DNA from: Candidatus Bathyarchaeia archaeon
Lineage (GTDB): Archaea > Thermoproteota > Bathyarchaeia > Bathyarchaeales > Bathycorpusculaceae
Assembly (NCBI GenBank): GCA_049515895.1
Contig: JBEKTQ010000012.1
Span: forward strand, 1 to 64,000
DNA: 64,000 bases
Direction of reading: 5' to 3'
The notes under the pieces are model-generated. The model was not told the DNA's origin and ran no database searches. It saw nothing but the letters and a program-made list of their open reading frames with translations. Shown piece after piece: positions 39,019-49,100 of the stretch (its first letter is position 1; each line of letters opens with the position of its first letter). The position numbers and the translations under genes are program-made.

Positions 39019-42000
39019 TTGATGCAAAGCTTTTCAACCAGTTGCGGGCTAATATATCACCGGTTAGGGAGCATGTCCTCAAGCGTGAACGGAATAATCA
39101 GTTGCGCTGAAGAGCGAGAAAGTGTTTATGATTGGATAGGCGCTGTTGAATTCTACCTGAAAGCCTTAGATGCTTTGTCTGAGCAGGATTTTTCGAGACA
39201 AGGAGAGATATGTAAACTAGCTGGTTTCGCGTATGTAAGGGCAGCTATGCAAGCTGAGGACACGAGCGAGTTTAAGAAATTAATGGGCGAAGCTGATGTA
39301 TTCTATCAAAAGGCAATGGAGCTTTACGGCAGGGTGCCTGCAAACAAAGGCAGGGCATGGTTAGTTCATTGCCAAGCAATGATTACTTACATAAGGCATT
39401 GGCTAGCCACCGGGGCAGCGGAAAAGCAGAAATTAATTAAGGAATGTTGGCAGCTAACAAAAGAAGCTCTGAAAGCCTTCGAGGAATCGGACAATTCCGT
39501 AGAGTATGCGAAGACTTACAATGAACTTTCGTTAAGCGCTTTTCTGGAATTTGTCTCTGAGTGGGATTTTCAAACAGCAAGGAAGATTATCAAAGAAGCG
39601 ACTGAAGCTGGAGAGCGAGCGATCAATTTGCTTTCGCGTACGCCTGATAAACGAGAGTTGACGAGGACCTACGTAAGAACTGCCTTTTATCGTTCTGCAT
39701 TTGGCTATTACTTTGCTCCCGAAATGGAAGGAAAAGAACAAGCGCGCAAAGTTGGGCAAGATTTCTGGTTAAAAGCCAAGGATCTCTCAGAAGAAGAGGC
39801 TTTTCTGGAACTCTCCAGAATACCCAGCGCAAAATGTGACGAATATGGCTGGAGCATGGATGAAATGCTGACCAACCATGGCAAAGCCTTCGATTACGCG
39901 AAAAGAACTAGAGACAAGTTTATGATGGGAATAGCGCTCGATTGGCTTTTATATGCTACGGGCTGGAAGGCAATAAGGACCGATAATCCCGATAAGAAGC
40001 GTGAACTCTTTCAAAAAGCTCTGAGGTACGCGGAAGAAGTCAAAAGGCTGTTCTCACCAATGTGTTTCATTAGTGCTAGGGCTGATCTGCTATGGTCAGG
40101 GGCGCCTATTATTGAGTACAATTTTTTTGTAGCCGACTTGGAAACTGATTTGAAGAAACGGCGTAATTTGTTGGAAAGCGCTGTAACATATGAATCTGAG
40201 GCGACAAACGAAGCGGAAGACGCTGGATATCCGACGGTCATTGAATATGTACATCACGCAGTTAGCAAAGCTCAAGCATCCCTTGCCAAAATGGAAACCA
40301 TCAGAGAACGGAAAAAATGCCTTCTCGAAAGTGCTCTTCAACATAGGAAAAAGGATATAGAGATTTCCGAACAGGTTCATCCTTTCATCTATTGGGACAC
40401 CGGCGTTGTATGGAACTATTTGGCTGATCTAGAGCTGGAACTGTCCAACCTTGAGGAAAACATGCCGCGTAGAAAAGAAATGCTTGAAAGCGCTGTCTCT
40501 CATAAGAATCGAGCACTACAACTAGCAATCAAGGAAATTCAGTACTGGGAAAACTTGGGGGAGCTATCATTTTTTGCAGCTCTTGGTGGCTATCAATATA
40601 CTTGCGGCGACTTGCTAATTCACCTTCACATTTTAACCAATGACAATAACTATTTGAAGGAAGCAGTAAAGGTTCTTGTCGGAGCTGCTGATTCATACCG
40701 AAAGCTGACCCTGCACAGCAGAGTTGCTGAATGCTATTGGAAAGTTGCAAGAAGTCTAGACACAATTGGCGATCATTTAGAAGCCGCCGAAAACTTCAAA
40801 ATCGCCTCAAAGAATTACGCGAGCGCATCCGAAAAAATAATGCAGTTCAAAGAATTCTATCAAGACTACGCAATTTACATGGAAGCTTGGAGCGAGATCG
40901 AGAAAGCAAGATTCTATCACGAACGGCAAGAATACCGCTCCGCTTATGAGCACTTCGAAAAAGCGGCAACCCTGCATGAAAACACCAAACGATGGGCATA
41001 TTTAGCTCCAAACTACCGTGCCTGGACTCAACTTGAGTGCGCCGAGGATTTGAGTAGAAAAGAGCAGAGCGAAGAAGCTCTCGAAGCTTTTGAAGAAGCT
41101 GCCCAGCGATTCATCAAGACGAAAGAATCTCTCAGGAAAGAACTCAGGAAAACTGAGGACCCGGGAGAAAAGCAGACGATCACAGAGATGGTTACCGCAA
41201 CCGAACCACGACTTGAATATTGCAGAGCGAGAACATACATTGAAGAAGCAAAAATCCTTGACAAGAAAGGAGAACACTATTCTAGCTCGCAAAAGTACGG
41301 TTCAGCGAGTGACAGCTTCAAAAAAGCACAAGAAATGATAGAATCACCAAAAGACAAAAAGGAATTCGAACTAATAGCCAAGCTTTCTGAGGCGTGGCAA
41401 GAAATGACCAGTGCCGAGGCAGACGCATCGCTAACAGGTTACTTGCGGGCTTCCCGCCTTTTTGAGGAGGTGAAAGAACTCAGCTTAAATGAGAAAACAA
41501 AAATGCTTGTGTTGGCTCACAGCCGCTTTTGTTTGGCATTAGCTGCGGGAACAGAATTTATTGATACGCGCGATAGGGAACTCCACGATAAGACTATTCA
41601 TCACTTAGAAAGCGCGGCTAATTACTACCTAAAAGCTGGCTTCGAAAAAGCGTCGGAATATGCTGAGGCAACCGAACTGCTCTTTGACGCTTATATACAC
41701 ATAGACGACGCTAAAAGAGAAGCAGATCCTGAGAAAAAAGTAAGACTCTATGCGATGGCAGAAAAGGTTTTGCAAACCTCTGCGGGGTCATTCGCCAGGG
41801 CGGAGCATCTTGAAAAAAGAGATCAGGTTTCCGCGTTGCTGGAGACAGTACGACAGGAACGAGAATTGGCTTTGTCCCTAAATGAGATATTGCATGCTCC
41901 TTCATTGGTTTCGACAACTTCCACTTTTGCTACGCCACCTCCGACATATGAAAAAGCTGTGGGCTTGGATCGGTTCGAACACACTGACATCCAAGCCAAC

Positions 42001-42687
42001 TTATCCATGCCACAAGAGGTTGAAGTCGGTAGAGAGTTCGATGTTCGACTCGACTTAGTTAATGTCGCCAAAAACTTCGGGCTATTGGTTAGAGTTATTG
42101 GTTTGGTTCCCTCGGGGTTCAAAGTGGTTGACCTTCCATCACAATATTTGCTCCAAGAAGATTCGCTGGAGATTAAAGGCAAACGACTCGATCCGCTTAA
42201 GGTTGAATCGATAAAAGTCAGTTTGCAGGCTACTGCCGTTGGTTCTTTCAACATAAAACCGCAGGTGATCTATGTTGACAACGCAGGAAATTTCAGAACA
42301 TGCAAACCTGATCAAGTAACGTTGACAACATATCCACAGCTCGAATTTGAGTTCAAGAATGAAGGTGCTCGGAAGGCTTTTGCATTTTTGACAAAAGCTT
42401 TCATCGATGACTACATGCATCGGAGGTTGCCTCTGGAGAAGTCAGGCTGGAAGACGATGATGGACATAGTCAGACAAGGAAAAATTCCACAGTACAGCGT
42501 TTATGGTACTAAAGGGCAACGTGGAACGGCAATTGCTGAACTGGAACGGCGGGGCATAGTTGAAGCCAGAGTTTTTTCTGGTGAAAGAGGCCGTGGAGGC
42601 AAGATACTGAAGATCAGGGTTTTCTACGAGAAAGAAATCGTCAAAAGGCAAATCGACCAGCAAGTAATGAAAAATCAACAAAAATGA
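39019..42687 (+). CDS. Large alpha-helical (TPR/SNAP-like) repeat protein with Ig-like domain and C-terminal wHTH-like domain
   Basis: ~960 aa of A/E/K/Y helical repeats; beta segment (VEVGREFDVRLDLVN..IKPQVIYVD); IAELERRGIVEARVFSGERGRGG. Confidence 0.8.
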   Translation: MMQSFSTSCGLIYHRLGSMSSSVNGIISCAEERESVYDWIGAVEFYLKALDALSEQDFSRQGEICKLAGFAYVRAAMQAEDTSEFKKLMGEADVFYQKAMELYGRVPANKGRAWLVHCQAMITYIRHWLATGAAEKQKLIKECWQLTKEALKAFEESDNSVEYAKTYNELSLSAFLEFVSEWDFQTARKIIKEATEAGERAINLLSRTPDKRELTRTYVRTAFYRSAFGYYFAPEMEGKEQARKVGQDFWLKAKDLSEEEAFLELSRIPSAKCDEYGWSMDEMLTNHGKAFDYAKRTRDKFMMGIALDWLLYATGWKAIRTDNPDKKRELFQKALRYAEEVKRLFSPMCFISARADLLWSGAPIIEYNFFVADLETDLKKRRNLLESAVTYESEATNEAEDAGYPTVIEYVHHAVSKAQASLAKMETIRERKKCLLESALQHRKKDIEISEQVHPFIYWDTGVVWNYLADLELELSNLEENMPRRKEMLESAVSHKNRALQLAIKEIQYWENLGELSFFAALGGYQYTCGDLLIHLHILTNDNNYLKEAVKVLVGAADSYRKLTLHSRVAECYWKVARSLDTIGDHLEAAENFKIASKNYASASEKIMQFKEFYQDYAIYMEAWSEIEKARFYHERQEYRSAYEHFEKAATLHENTKRWAYLAPNYRAWTQLECAEDLSRKEQSEEALEAFEEAAQRFIKTKESLRKELRKTEDPGEKQTITEMVTATEPRLEYCRARTYIEEAKILDKKGEHYSSSQKYGSASDSFKKAQEMIESPKDKKEFELIAKLSEAWQEMTSAEADASLTGYLRASRLFEEVKELSLNEKTKMLVLAHSRFCLALAAGTEFIDTRDRELHDKTIHHLESAANYYLKAGFEKASEYAEATELLFDAYIHIDDAKREADPEKKVRLYAMAEKVLQTSAGSFARAEHLEKRDQVSALLETVRQERELALSLNEILHAPSLVSTTSTFATPPPTYEKAVGLDRFEHTDIQANLSMPQEVEVGREFDVRLDLVNVAKNFGLLVRVIGLVPSGFKVVDLPSQYLLQEDSLEIKGKRLDPLKVESIKVSLQATAVGSFNIKPQVIYVDNAGNFRTCKPDQVTLTTYPQLEFEFKNEGARKAFAFLTKAFIDDYMHRRLPLEKSGWKTMMDIVRQGKIPQYSVYGTKGQRGTAIAELERRGIVEARVFSGERGRGGKILKIRVFYEKEIVKRQIDQQVMKNQQK

Positions 42688-42896
42688 ATAAGGCTATCAC
42701 GGGCTCTAATTTAAGTAATCGGGCATATGTCATCATTATTATGCTTTTAAATCTGGTTTGCTTCTCTTTTTGACATAATAATCTTGAATACAGCCTATTT
42801 CCAAATTCGGCCTCTTCTTTTTTACTTATTATTTCGTGGAAAATACCTACATAATTTTGCGGCTATAGCAATATCCAGGCAAAAGGAGCGATTAGA

Positions 42897-43124
42897 ATGG
42901 AAAATAAATTGAAGGAAAGACTGCATCAGAACAGACTACTGGGAATTACAAAATCTATTTGGAAGCCTAACAAAAGGATTGGAATCTCTACAGACAATAT
43001 CCCCGAATCTCTAGCCAAATCTGTCATTTACGAAGCGTCAAAAGAATACAAGTCTGCAATGGCAGACATCGAGATTAGACGATCTGAAGCAATAATAGAA
43101 GCTCGCCGCGTCAACATTCGATGA
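42897..43124 (+). CDS. Small hypothetical protein
   Basis: AGGAG SD upstream; 75 aa, helical. Confidence 0.55.
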   Translation: MENKLKERLHQNRLLGITKSIWKPNKRIGISTDNIPESLAKSVIYEASKEYKSAMADIEIRRSEAIIEARRVNIR

Positions 43125-43645
43125 GCTTATCGAAGATGAGTCTTTCAATCATCTTCATTCCTAAGCACCATAAATGTTCCTAACTCTTTGTGGTCTGCAG
43201 CATGTACCCAACAGCGTTGCTTCAAAATGTGATTCCAAGATAGTCAAGTAAACCAGCGTTCTTACAATTAAAAAAGTTCCGATAATATCGGCCAACCTAA
43301 TTGGGAGTTAAATAGTCCTAAATTCCCATTGTAAATAAAAGAGACGCTGACCTGTCAGGACTATATTTTTTTGGACAGTTTGCTGCGGGACGCATTAATG
43401 AAGAGATGCGCAGAGTAGGCGAGCTCGTCAAAATTGTTGATCGCAGCAGGATCCTCTTCCAAACTAAAGAAGATCTTTTCATATGCCTTGAATCGATTGA
43501 TCGACCATCTGAAACTCGCCATTGAAGCTTGGGGATTGAACCCGAAGCGCACTGGCTTCTATGTCTCAGGTTTTCTTGAAACTTTACCTCGAGAATATGT
43601 ATTTATTTGAAGGCACATCAAATGGGATTTTGAAGGTCTAAAAAA

Positions 43646-44367
43646 TTGAAGGGAGGAGTTCTTGTCATTGGTTCTCTTCTTTGGGATGACAGTGAAAACC
43701 GAGTAAGATGGCGGGAGAAAAACTTGGATATTGAAAGCAAGTTTCAGGTTTATCTTCCGATCCGTTACGGCAGACTATCCAGTACTCGAAATAATACATA
43801 CACAATGGTTTTTTCAAACAAATGCTATTCAAAAAACTACGGTCTAGGAAAAGGCTGGATAATACCGATAGCAGCTGAAATAGATTCATTTGATGATCTA
43901 AAAAAGAAGCTAGCGAAATGGGTAAAGCAGAGGGTTTTGCAGACGGTTTCTCTTCATTCTGGGGGGCAGTAGCGATTAAATTTAATCCATACAAGAAGAC
44001 CAACACATCGCTTGAGAAAGAATGGACCAGCTTTGTAGCAAACAAACTATCAGGTCACCAGTTGCTGAGTGCAAATTTGAAGACGGAGAGAGCTGCTGTG
44101 GGTTCGAAAGGTTTTCTTACCATCAGATGGCCTTCGGTAACAAATTTGGAAAATCAAAGTGAAGATGTAGATTTTGTCGTCTCTACTGTAACAAAGCCAA
44201 CGTTTTACAAGGGCAGATATCCAACGATTTACCAGATAGCAAATTCGATGTACAAATCAAACTACTATGAGTATTTTCTCAGAAACAGGCAAAATGGCAT
44301 AATTACCTTCCAAGACCAACGTATTCTTGACAGAATAAACTATCTCCAATCTTTGATCAGTCATTAG
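43646..44367 (+). pseudogene. Gamma-glutamylcyclotransferase-fold-like protein split by a -1 frameshift
   Basis: GVLVIGSLLWD N-terminal motif; the two ORFs join at CTA AAA AAG to read DDLKKEASEMGKAEG. Confidence 0.6.
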
Positions 44368-44507
44368 CAGTGCCAACGACTGCAGAGGGGGCCGTTGGGT
44401 CCCGAACCCAAAGTCTGGTGGAACTTAGACTGTAGCGACTTTCTCGATTTAAGCTTGCTAACTTCTGACCCCTATTTGAATAGCCCTCTTCAGATCGAGC
44501 GCATGAT

Positions 44508-45155
44508 TTAATGAAGTAATGACAAGGGTCTATGGGCAATCCACCAGGCGAACTGGTCAACTATTCTCAATTCGCATGAGTTGTGCTTTGCAGCTAACCT
44601 TGATATTGTGGAACCATATTTTTCTTTAAGGTCTTTTATGTCATTCATGAAATCGTAATAATCCTCAGCGGAGAAATCTTTTATTTTTCCTGTTGTAGAG
44701 CGTTCGTTTTTGAAGGCCGCCGCAATAGCTCTATCCCACAATGGAAAGAACTTGGGACAAACTAAATGCATGGTTTTTACGGCGCCAATTGGACCTAAAA
44801 TGCTTTCAAAGGAGCGATAATGTTCTTTTATCTTTTTCTCGTACTGTTTTATGTTTATTTGCATTAGGTCAGTTTTTCTCAGTTCTTCAAGTTCACTGCA
44901 TTTTGAGCTTATAAGAGTTTCAACCCTTTTTTCCCAACCTTTATATTTGTCTTGACCGAGTACTCGACCCATTCTGCCCCAAACATAAAGGAAGCTCCGA
45001 ATTGTCTCGATGTCAACACCGTTCAAAATACCTTTTTTGCTGAACGTTCTGCAGAAATCATTATAATCCTTTTCATCGTCTTCTTCTGAAAATTTTTCTA
45101 CACATTTTACAATAATCCACTTCTTCTCTTCCAAATCCATTTGAGTGCACCCCAT
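44508..45155 (-). CDS. Hypothetical alpha-helical protein with HhH-like motif
   Basis: LGPIGAVKTMHLVCPKFFPLWD..LRIVDQFAW. Confidence 0.65.
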   Translation of the reverse strand: MGCTQMDLEEKKWIIVKCVEKFSEEDDEKDYNDFCRTFSKKGILNGVDIETIRSFLYVWGRMGRVLGQDKYKGWEKRVETLISSKCSELEELRKTDLMQINIKQYEKKIKEHYRSFESILGPIGAVKTMHLVCPKFFPLWDRAIAAAFKNERSTTGKIKDFSAEDYYDFMNDIKDLKEKYGSTISRLAAKHNSCELRIVDQFAWWIAHRPLSLLH

Positions 45156-45374
45156 TTTGAATCGCCTTTAGAATAATTGACCGCCTGGCAAAAGAGTTTT
45201 TCGTGCGAGATTATAGTGGGCTTTAGCCCTTCTGCTAACTTTGGTTCAAAAAAATGGTATATGTGAGCATATGCATAGGTTTCTCCCGGGCTACAATGGT
45301 GGCCTAGTTGGGACAACTTTTTCAAATTCTCGGTCATCAGCCTATGGAAGAAATTACGTTTTTAAGATGCGCAA

Positions 45375-45695
45375 TTAGCTCACATTTGTCTCCTTGACCT
45401 GTCTACAATATTCTCTTAGCCACTTTTCAAAAGCATTAACCCCTCTATACTCTTTGTACCAGTTGCTTTCGCTCGTTTTGTGTAGTAGCCCATATGATAC
45501 CACTCTTTCAAGATGGTCATACATGCTTTTTTGCTCTTCTTTAGGTATGTTTGCTTTTTCCATGATATGTTTAAAGCTGAAAGTATCATCTAAGCTATCA
45601 TAGACCCTCACTATTCGCTTGTCAATAACCACTCTGAAGCTTTTGTCATTCTTCTTTGCCATTTTCAACCACCGACCCAGATTCTGCTCCATCAA
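45375..45695 (-). CDS. Small wHTH-like protein
   Basis: FSFKHIMEKANI..YDHLERVVSYGLL. Confidence 0.55.
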   Translation of the reverse strand: MMEQNLGRWLKMAKKNDKSFRVVIDKRIVRVYDSLDDTFSFKHIMEKANIPKEEQKSMYDHLERVVSYGLLHKTSESNWYKEYRGVNAFEKWLREYCRQVKETNVS

Positions 45696-45941
45696 TTTTT
45701 AAGCTCATCGGTGAATTTCCGCTACTAGAACGATTTTCCCATATATACAAAGCTAAACCAAAAACCACTAGTGGAATTCAACCGATAAAACCATGAAAGA
45801 ATGGATTTTTTACAGTTTGGGCATGGTGGCTGATACCATGTTGATTGAAAACAACCAGGGTTTGGTTTGTCGGAAAAACTCTGAGTCTGAGTTTATGCCT
45901 TCCAAACAACACTTTTTCGTTGTTTTACTCAGTGGCCCTAA

Positions 45942-47777
45942 TCAACTTCTCAGATAATTGTGAATGGTTTTCTTCATTAGCAAAGGTTGAGCTCTTGATT
46001 TATGCCATTCATGAGTCCATTTCCAGTCTGCTGGTCTGGGACATAAGTCACTGCAAGATGCACAGCAGTCCTTCTTCATGTCTTCCAAGAGGATGTCTAA
46101 CTCAAATCCCATGATAGAGACACCTTTCTTTTCGCAAAAGAGTATCTTCATCCCCGTTGTTAGTAACCCCACCATTTCCCAAATAGGTCCCCAGTTGACT
46201 ACTTCCGTGTGGAGATTTTCGCAGTATTTGAGAACCCGTTCAGGATTTCTGTCTTTAAGACCTATTCTTGCTATTTTGGCGAGTTCATCATTGCCTTTGA
46301 TGTCTATTCCACCTATTTCCAGAAGCTTTTTAGCCACTTTCTCTTCTTCTTCATCGGTGATATCTTCTTCGGTGTTCACTCTTGTACCCTTAGCCTTAAT
46401 CATAGTAGGTATGCTGTAAGACTTCTTCAGACGCTCCTGAGTTGATTGTACCGCACTTTGGAATCCTTTATGGTCGAGTTTTTTCGCTAATTCCATTGCA
46501 GACTTCAAATATTTGTCACGAGATTCGTTATCTTCCACAGAATTGCAAATATTGGCAAGGTCAAGGAAAATTTCAAACTCAATATCCAAAGACATTTGTG
46601 TTGCGAGTTCCAAAGCTGAGAGGAGCGTTTTCTTTATTGAGTCAATTTGGGAAAAGATAATTGTTGGATTGCCTTCGAGACTGTTGTTGTAACACCATAT
46701 GAACTGCATTTTCGAGAGTCGTCTTAGTAAATCCAAGTAGATGGTGATTTCTTTGTTTTGATTAGCTCTCTCTAGCAAATTAATGAAGTCATTTTCAACT
46801 TCATAGAGACCGCTGATTATTTTGCCGATTTCTACTCCAAGAAATGGTGCCATTGTTCCTTGAGGAGCATGTGTGGCGACAGCAAACATCATTCGTGTTG
46901 AGTTCAATTTCTTTATCAGTGTTGCAAAGATAGTTTCTAAGTATTCACTTCGCCACATCAATTCGAATGAGAGGTCTCCTGACTTCTGTACAAGTTCTCC
47001 TATTGATTCTAGAAGTTCCACAATCTGTTCACTATCGCCAAGAGGATTTAGGGAATAAACTGCAACCAAAATGGCTTTAATTTGAGTTGATGTATCATCT
47101 TGAGACTTAGCTTGTTCTGCAATTTTCAATAATAGTTTAAATGATTGTTCATAGCTGTTTTCTTTCTGAAGACGATAGGCAACGTCAAATTTTATTTGGA
47201 ACTGCTTGTCCAACAGCTTTTTATCTACTTGCATTAGTTTTGATATTGCTTCACTGTTATCTTTCCAATGTTCCAAATGTTCAATCGGTATTTTGTCAAG
47301 TCTTTTAGATAGGATGTATGTTGAACCACCAAGTGCTACATCTTTCAACTGAGGTAATGTTGATGCAATGTCATTTGATACTGGGATTTTGACAGTTACA
47401 GTTCCTTGACTTGTCCAGTTAGGATTGGATTCATCAAGGACTTCGAAAATGTATTGCTGAATGAAAAGCCAATAGCACTTTCTTGATGTTACCTCAACAA
47501 CAGTTAGAACTACAGGAAGGTCTCTTTGAAGATAATATTTGAGGTTTTTAACCTCAAGAGGATATGATACACAACCATCGGTTATGTTGATAGTGTTTGT
47601 TCCTTTTAGTTGAACCAGTAGTTCCTTTCCTGTTAGTTTTCCGTTTTCCGTTACTTCTACTGACTTGTCTAAACCGTAGTCGAGATTAATTGTACGATTT
47701 ATCCATTCAGAAGGAATAGCTTGGTCAAAAATTTTGATGCTTTCCGTTTCTGTAACGTGCTGAGGCGGTCTTTCCAT
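45942..47777 (-). CDS. DUF4365 PD-(D/E)XK nuclease fused to helical repeats and a Cys-rich tail
   Basis: DYGLDKSVE..LVQLKG..PVVL..CYW; C-terminal C..H..C..CCASC..CP. Confidence 0.85.
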   Translation of the reverse strand: MERPPQHVTETESIKIFDQAIPSEWINRTINLDYGLDKSVEVTENGKLTGKELLVQLKGTNTINITDGCVSYPLEVKNLKYYLQRDLPVVLTVVEVTSRKCYWLFIQQYIFEVLDESNPNWTSQGTVTVKIPVSNDIASTLPQLKDVALGGSTYILSKRLDKIPIEHLEHWKDNSEAISKLMQVDKKLLDKQFQIKFDVAYRLQKENSYEQSFKLLLKIAEQAKSQDDTSTQIKAILVAVYSLNPLGDSEQIVELLESIGELVQKSGDLSFELMWRSEYLETIFATLIKKLNSTRMMFAVATHAPQGTMAPFLGVEIGKIISGLYEVENDFINLLERANQNKEITIYLDLLRRLSKMQFIWCYNNSLEGNPTIIFSQIDSIKKTLLSALELATQMSLDIEFEIFLDLANICNSVEDNESRDKYLKSAMELAKKLDHKGFQSAVQSTQERLKKSYSIPTMIKAKGTRVNTEEDITDEEEEKVAKKLLEIGGIDIKGNDELAKIARIGLKDRNPERVLKYCENLHTEVVNWGPIWEMVGLLTTGMKILFCEKKGVSIMGFELDILLEDMKKDCCASCSDLCPRPADWKWTHEWHKSRAQPLLMKKTIHNYLRS

Positions 47778-47867
47778 TTCCTATCTGCATTGCTATCTCG
47801 TCTAATCAAGTCTTAAGCCTTTTCATAGATGAGAAAGTTAATGCTTTGTTGTAGAATACGCTATTTT

Positions 47868-48008
47868 TCATGACTTTAGATAATCAATGTATCCTCTAAA
47901 GTCTTTGTTTTCCTGTTCCAGTTGCTTGATTTTGCTGAGTTCTTCGTTCTCTTTCTTTAACTGACTTATCTCAGATGATAGTCTACTTTCTTGGTCTTGA
48001 TGTGCCAT
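47868..48008 (-). CDS. 46-aa coiled-coil peptide (below ORF-track cutoff)
   Basis: MAHQDQESRLSSEISQLKKENEELSKIKQLEQENKDFRGYIDYLKS. Confidence 0.45.
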   Translation of the reverse strand: MAHQDQESRLSSEISQLKKENEELSKIKQLEQENKDFRGYIDYLKS

Positions 48009-48115
48009 GTCGGTATACAAATTCTTTTCTTGAATGCTGAATTTTTACATTCTTTGAACATAATTATGTCGATATTATTTATTATTTGAAACTGAGTAAT
48101 CTTTTAGTGACCTCA

Positions 48116-48669
48116 ATGTCTTCAAATAGAAGGGACTTCTACAAGATTACTCCTATAATTCTTAGTATAGTAGTCATTTGCTTGAGTTCCTATAACGTAA
48201 TTCTAAACTTGCCAAATCCTAAGCTTGAGGTTGGTGAATATCCTAATGAAGGATACGAAATGTGGTCAAACACAGTACGAACAGTGGTGGTCAGCCCGAA
48301 TGAAACTGCACCACCAGAAAGTTCTCTTCCGCCTTTCGAAAGTGCACCACCATACGATATTTTTAATGTTACTTATCAAGTCCTGAATTCAGGTAAAGCT
48401 ACCGCTAACAATGTTAGGTTAGTGCTGAGGCAGAGCCTTCAGGCAATTGTTCAGTCCTCTCCACTTATGTTTATGTTAATAGTCCATTACCTTCGAATCT
48501 TTTACAAGTTGTGAAAGACAATTTTACGTTAGGTATACTTGGTTCAGGTTCCAGTTATATTTTCAAGTTTGAAGTTAAAGATGGCAACTTGAATTCGACC
48601 TGTAGATTTCTATTAAATGTCAATTCAGATAATGCTGGGTCAATTACACGTGAAATTGACTATACATGA
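48116..48669 (+). pseudogene. Membrane-anchored Ig/CARDB-like protein with 1-nt frameshift near 48417
   Basis: V(L)NSGKATANNV continues in another frame as VSAEAEP..FKFEV..VNSDNAG; its TGA overlaps the next ATG (ATGA). Confidence 0.65.
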
Positions 48670-49100
48670 AATTTATGTCCATAGACAATAGGACTCCACC
48701 AATCGTAATAGGGTTCGCAGAGGGATTATTAGCTCCAATATTCGAGTTGGTCATCAGCATACTTGTTGCTTCTGCCATTGCAATTAACTCAGCAACAGGT
48801 TCTCCGAACCTAACTTGGGTTATATCCCTATTTTTCTTGATGGATTTTGCAAGAAACGTTATCTCTTGCCTACTTCACACTCAATACGCGATAGGACATG
48901 TAGCTGGAAGCATTTTTGGCATCATTCTATTCTACGGAGCGATTAGTTTTGTTAGCAGAGAGGTTGCTAACTCTTCTCTTCTGATTACCATAATATTGAT
49001 TGTTAGCTTATTTGTAGGTGTATGCATCGCAGTTTGGCAAGGCATCAGAAATAACAGAAATTCTGAAACGCGGTATTATCAATTAATGACTGGATATTGA
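48666..49100 (+). CDS. Four-TM membrane protein
   Basis: Four hydrophobic segments. Confidence 0.7.
   Translation: MKFMSIDNRTPPIVIGFAEGLLAPIFELVISILVASAIAINSATGSPNLTWVISLFFLMDFARNVISCLLHTQYAIGHVAGSIFGIILFYGAISFVSREVANSSLLITIILIVSLFVGVCIAVWQGIRNNRNSETRYYQLMTGY

Noticed and set aside
7101-41572. GCGCGC/CGCGCG hexamers inside wecB, the hydrolase, GT2 and the solenoid gene
   Set aside because: Explained by Ala/Arg codons in intact genes; excluded from the junction-motif set.
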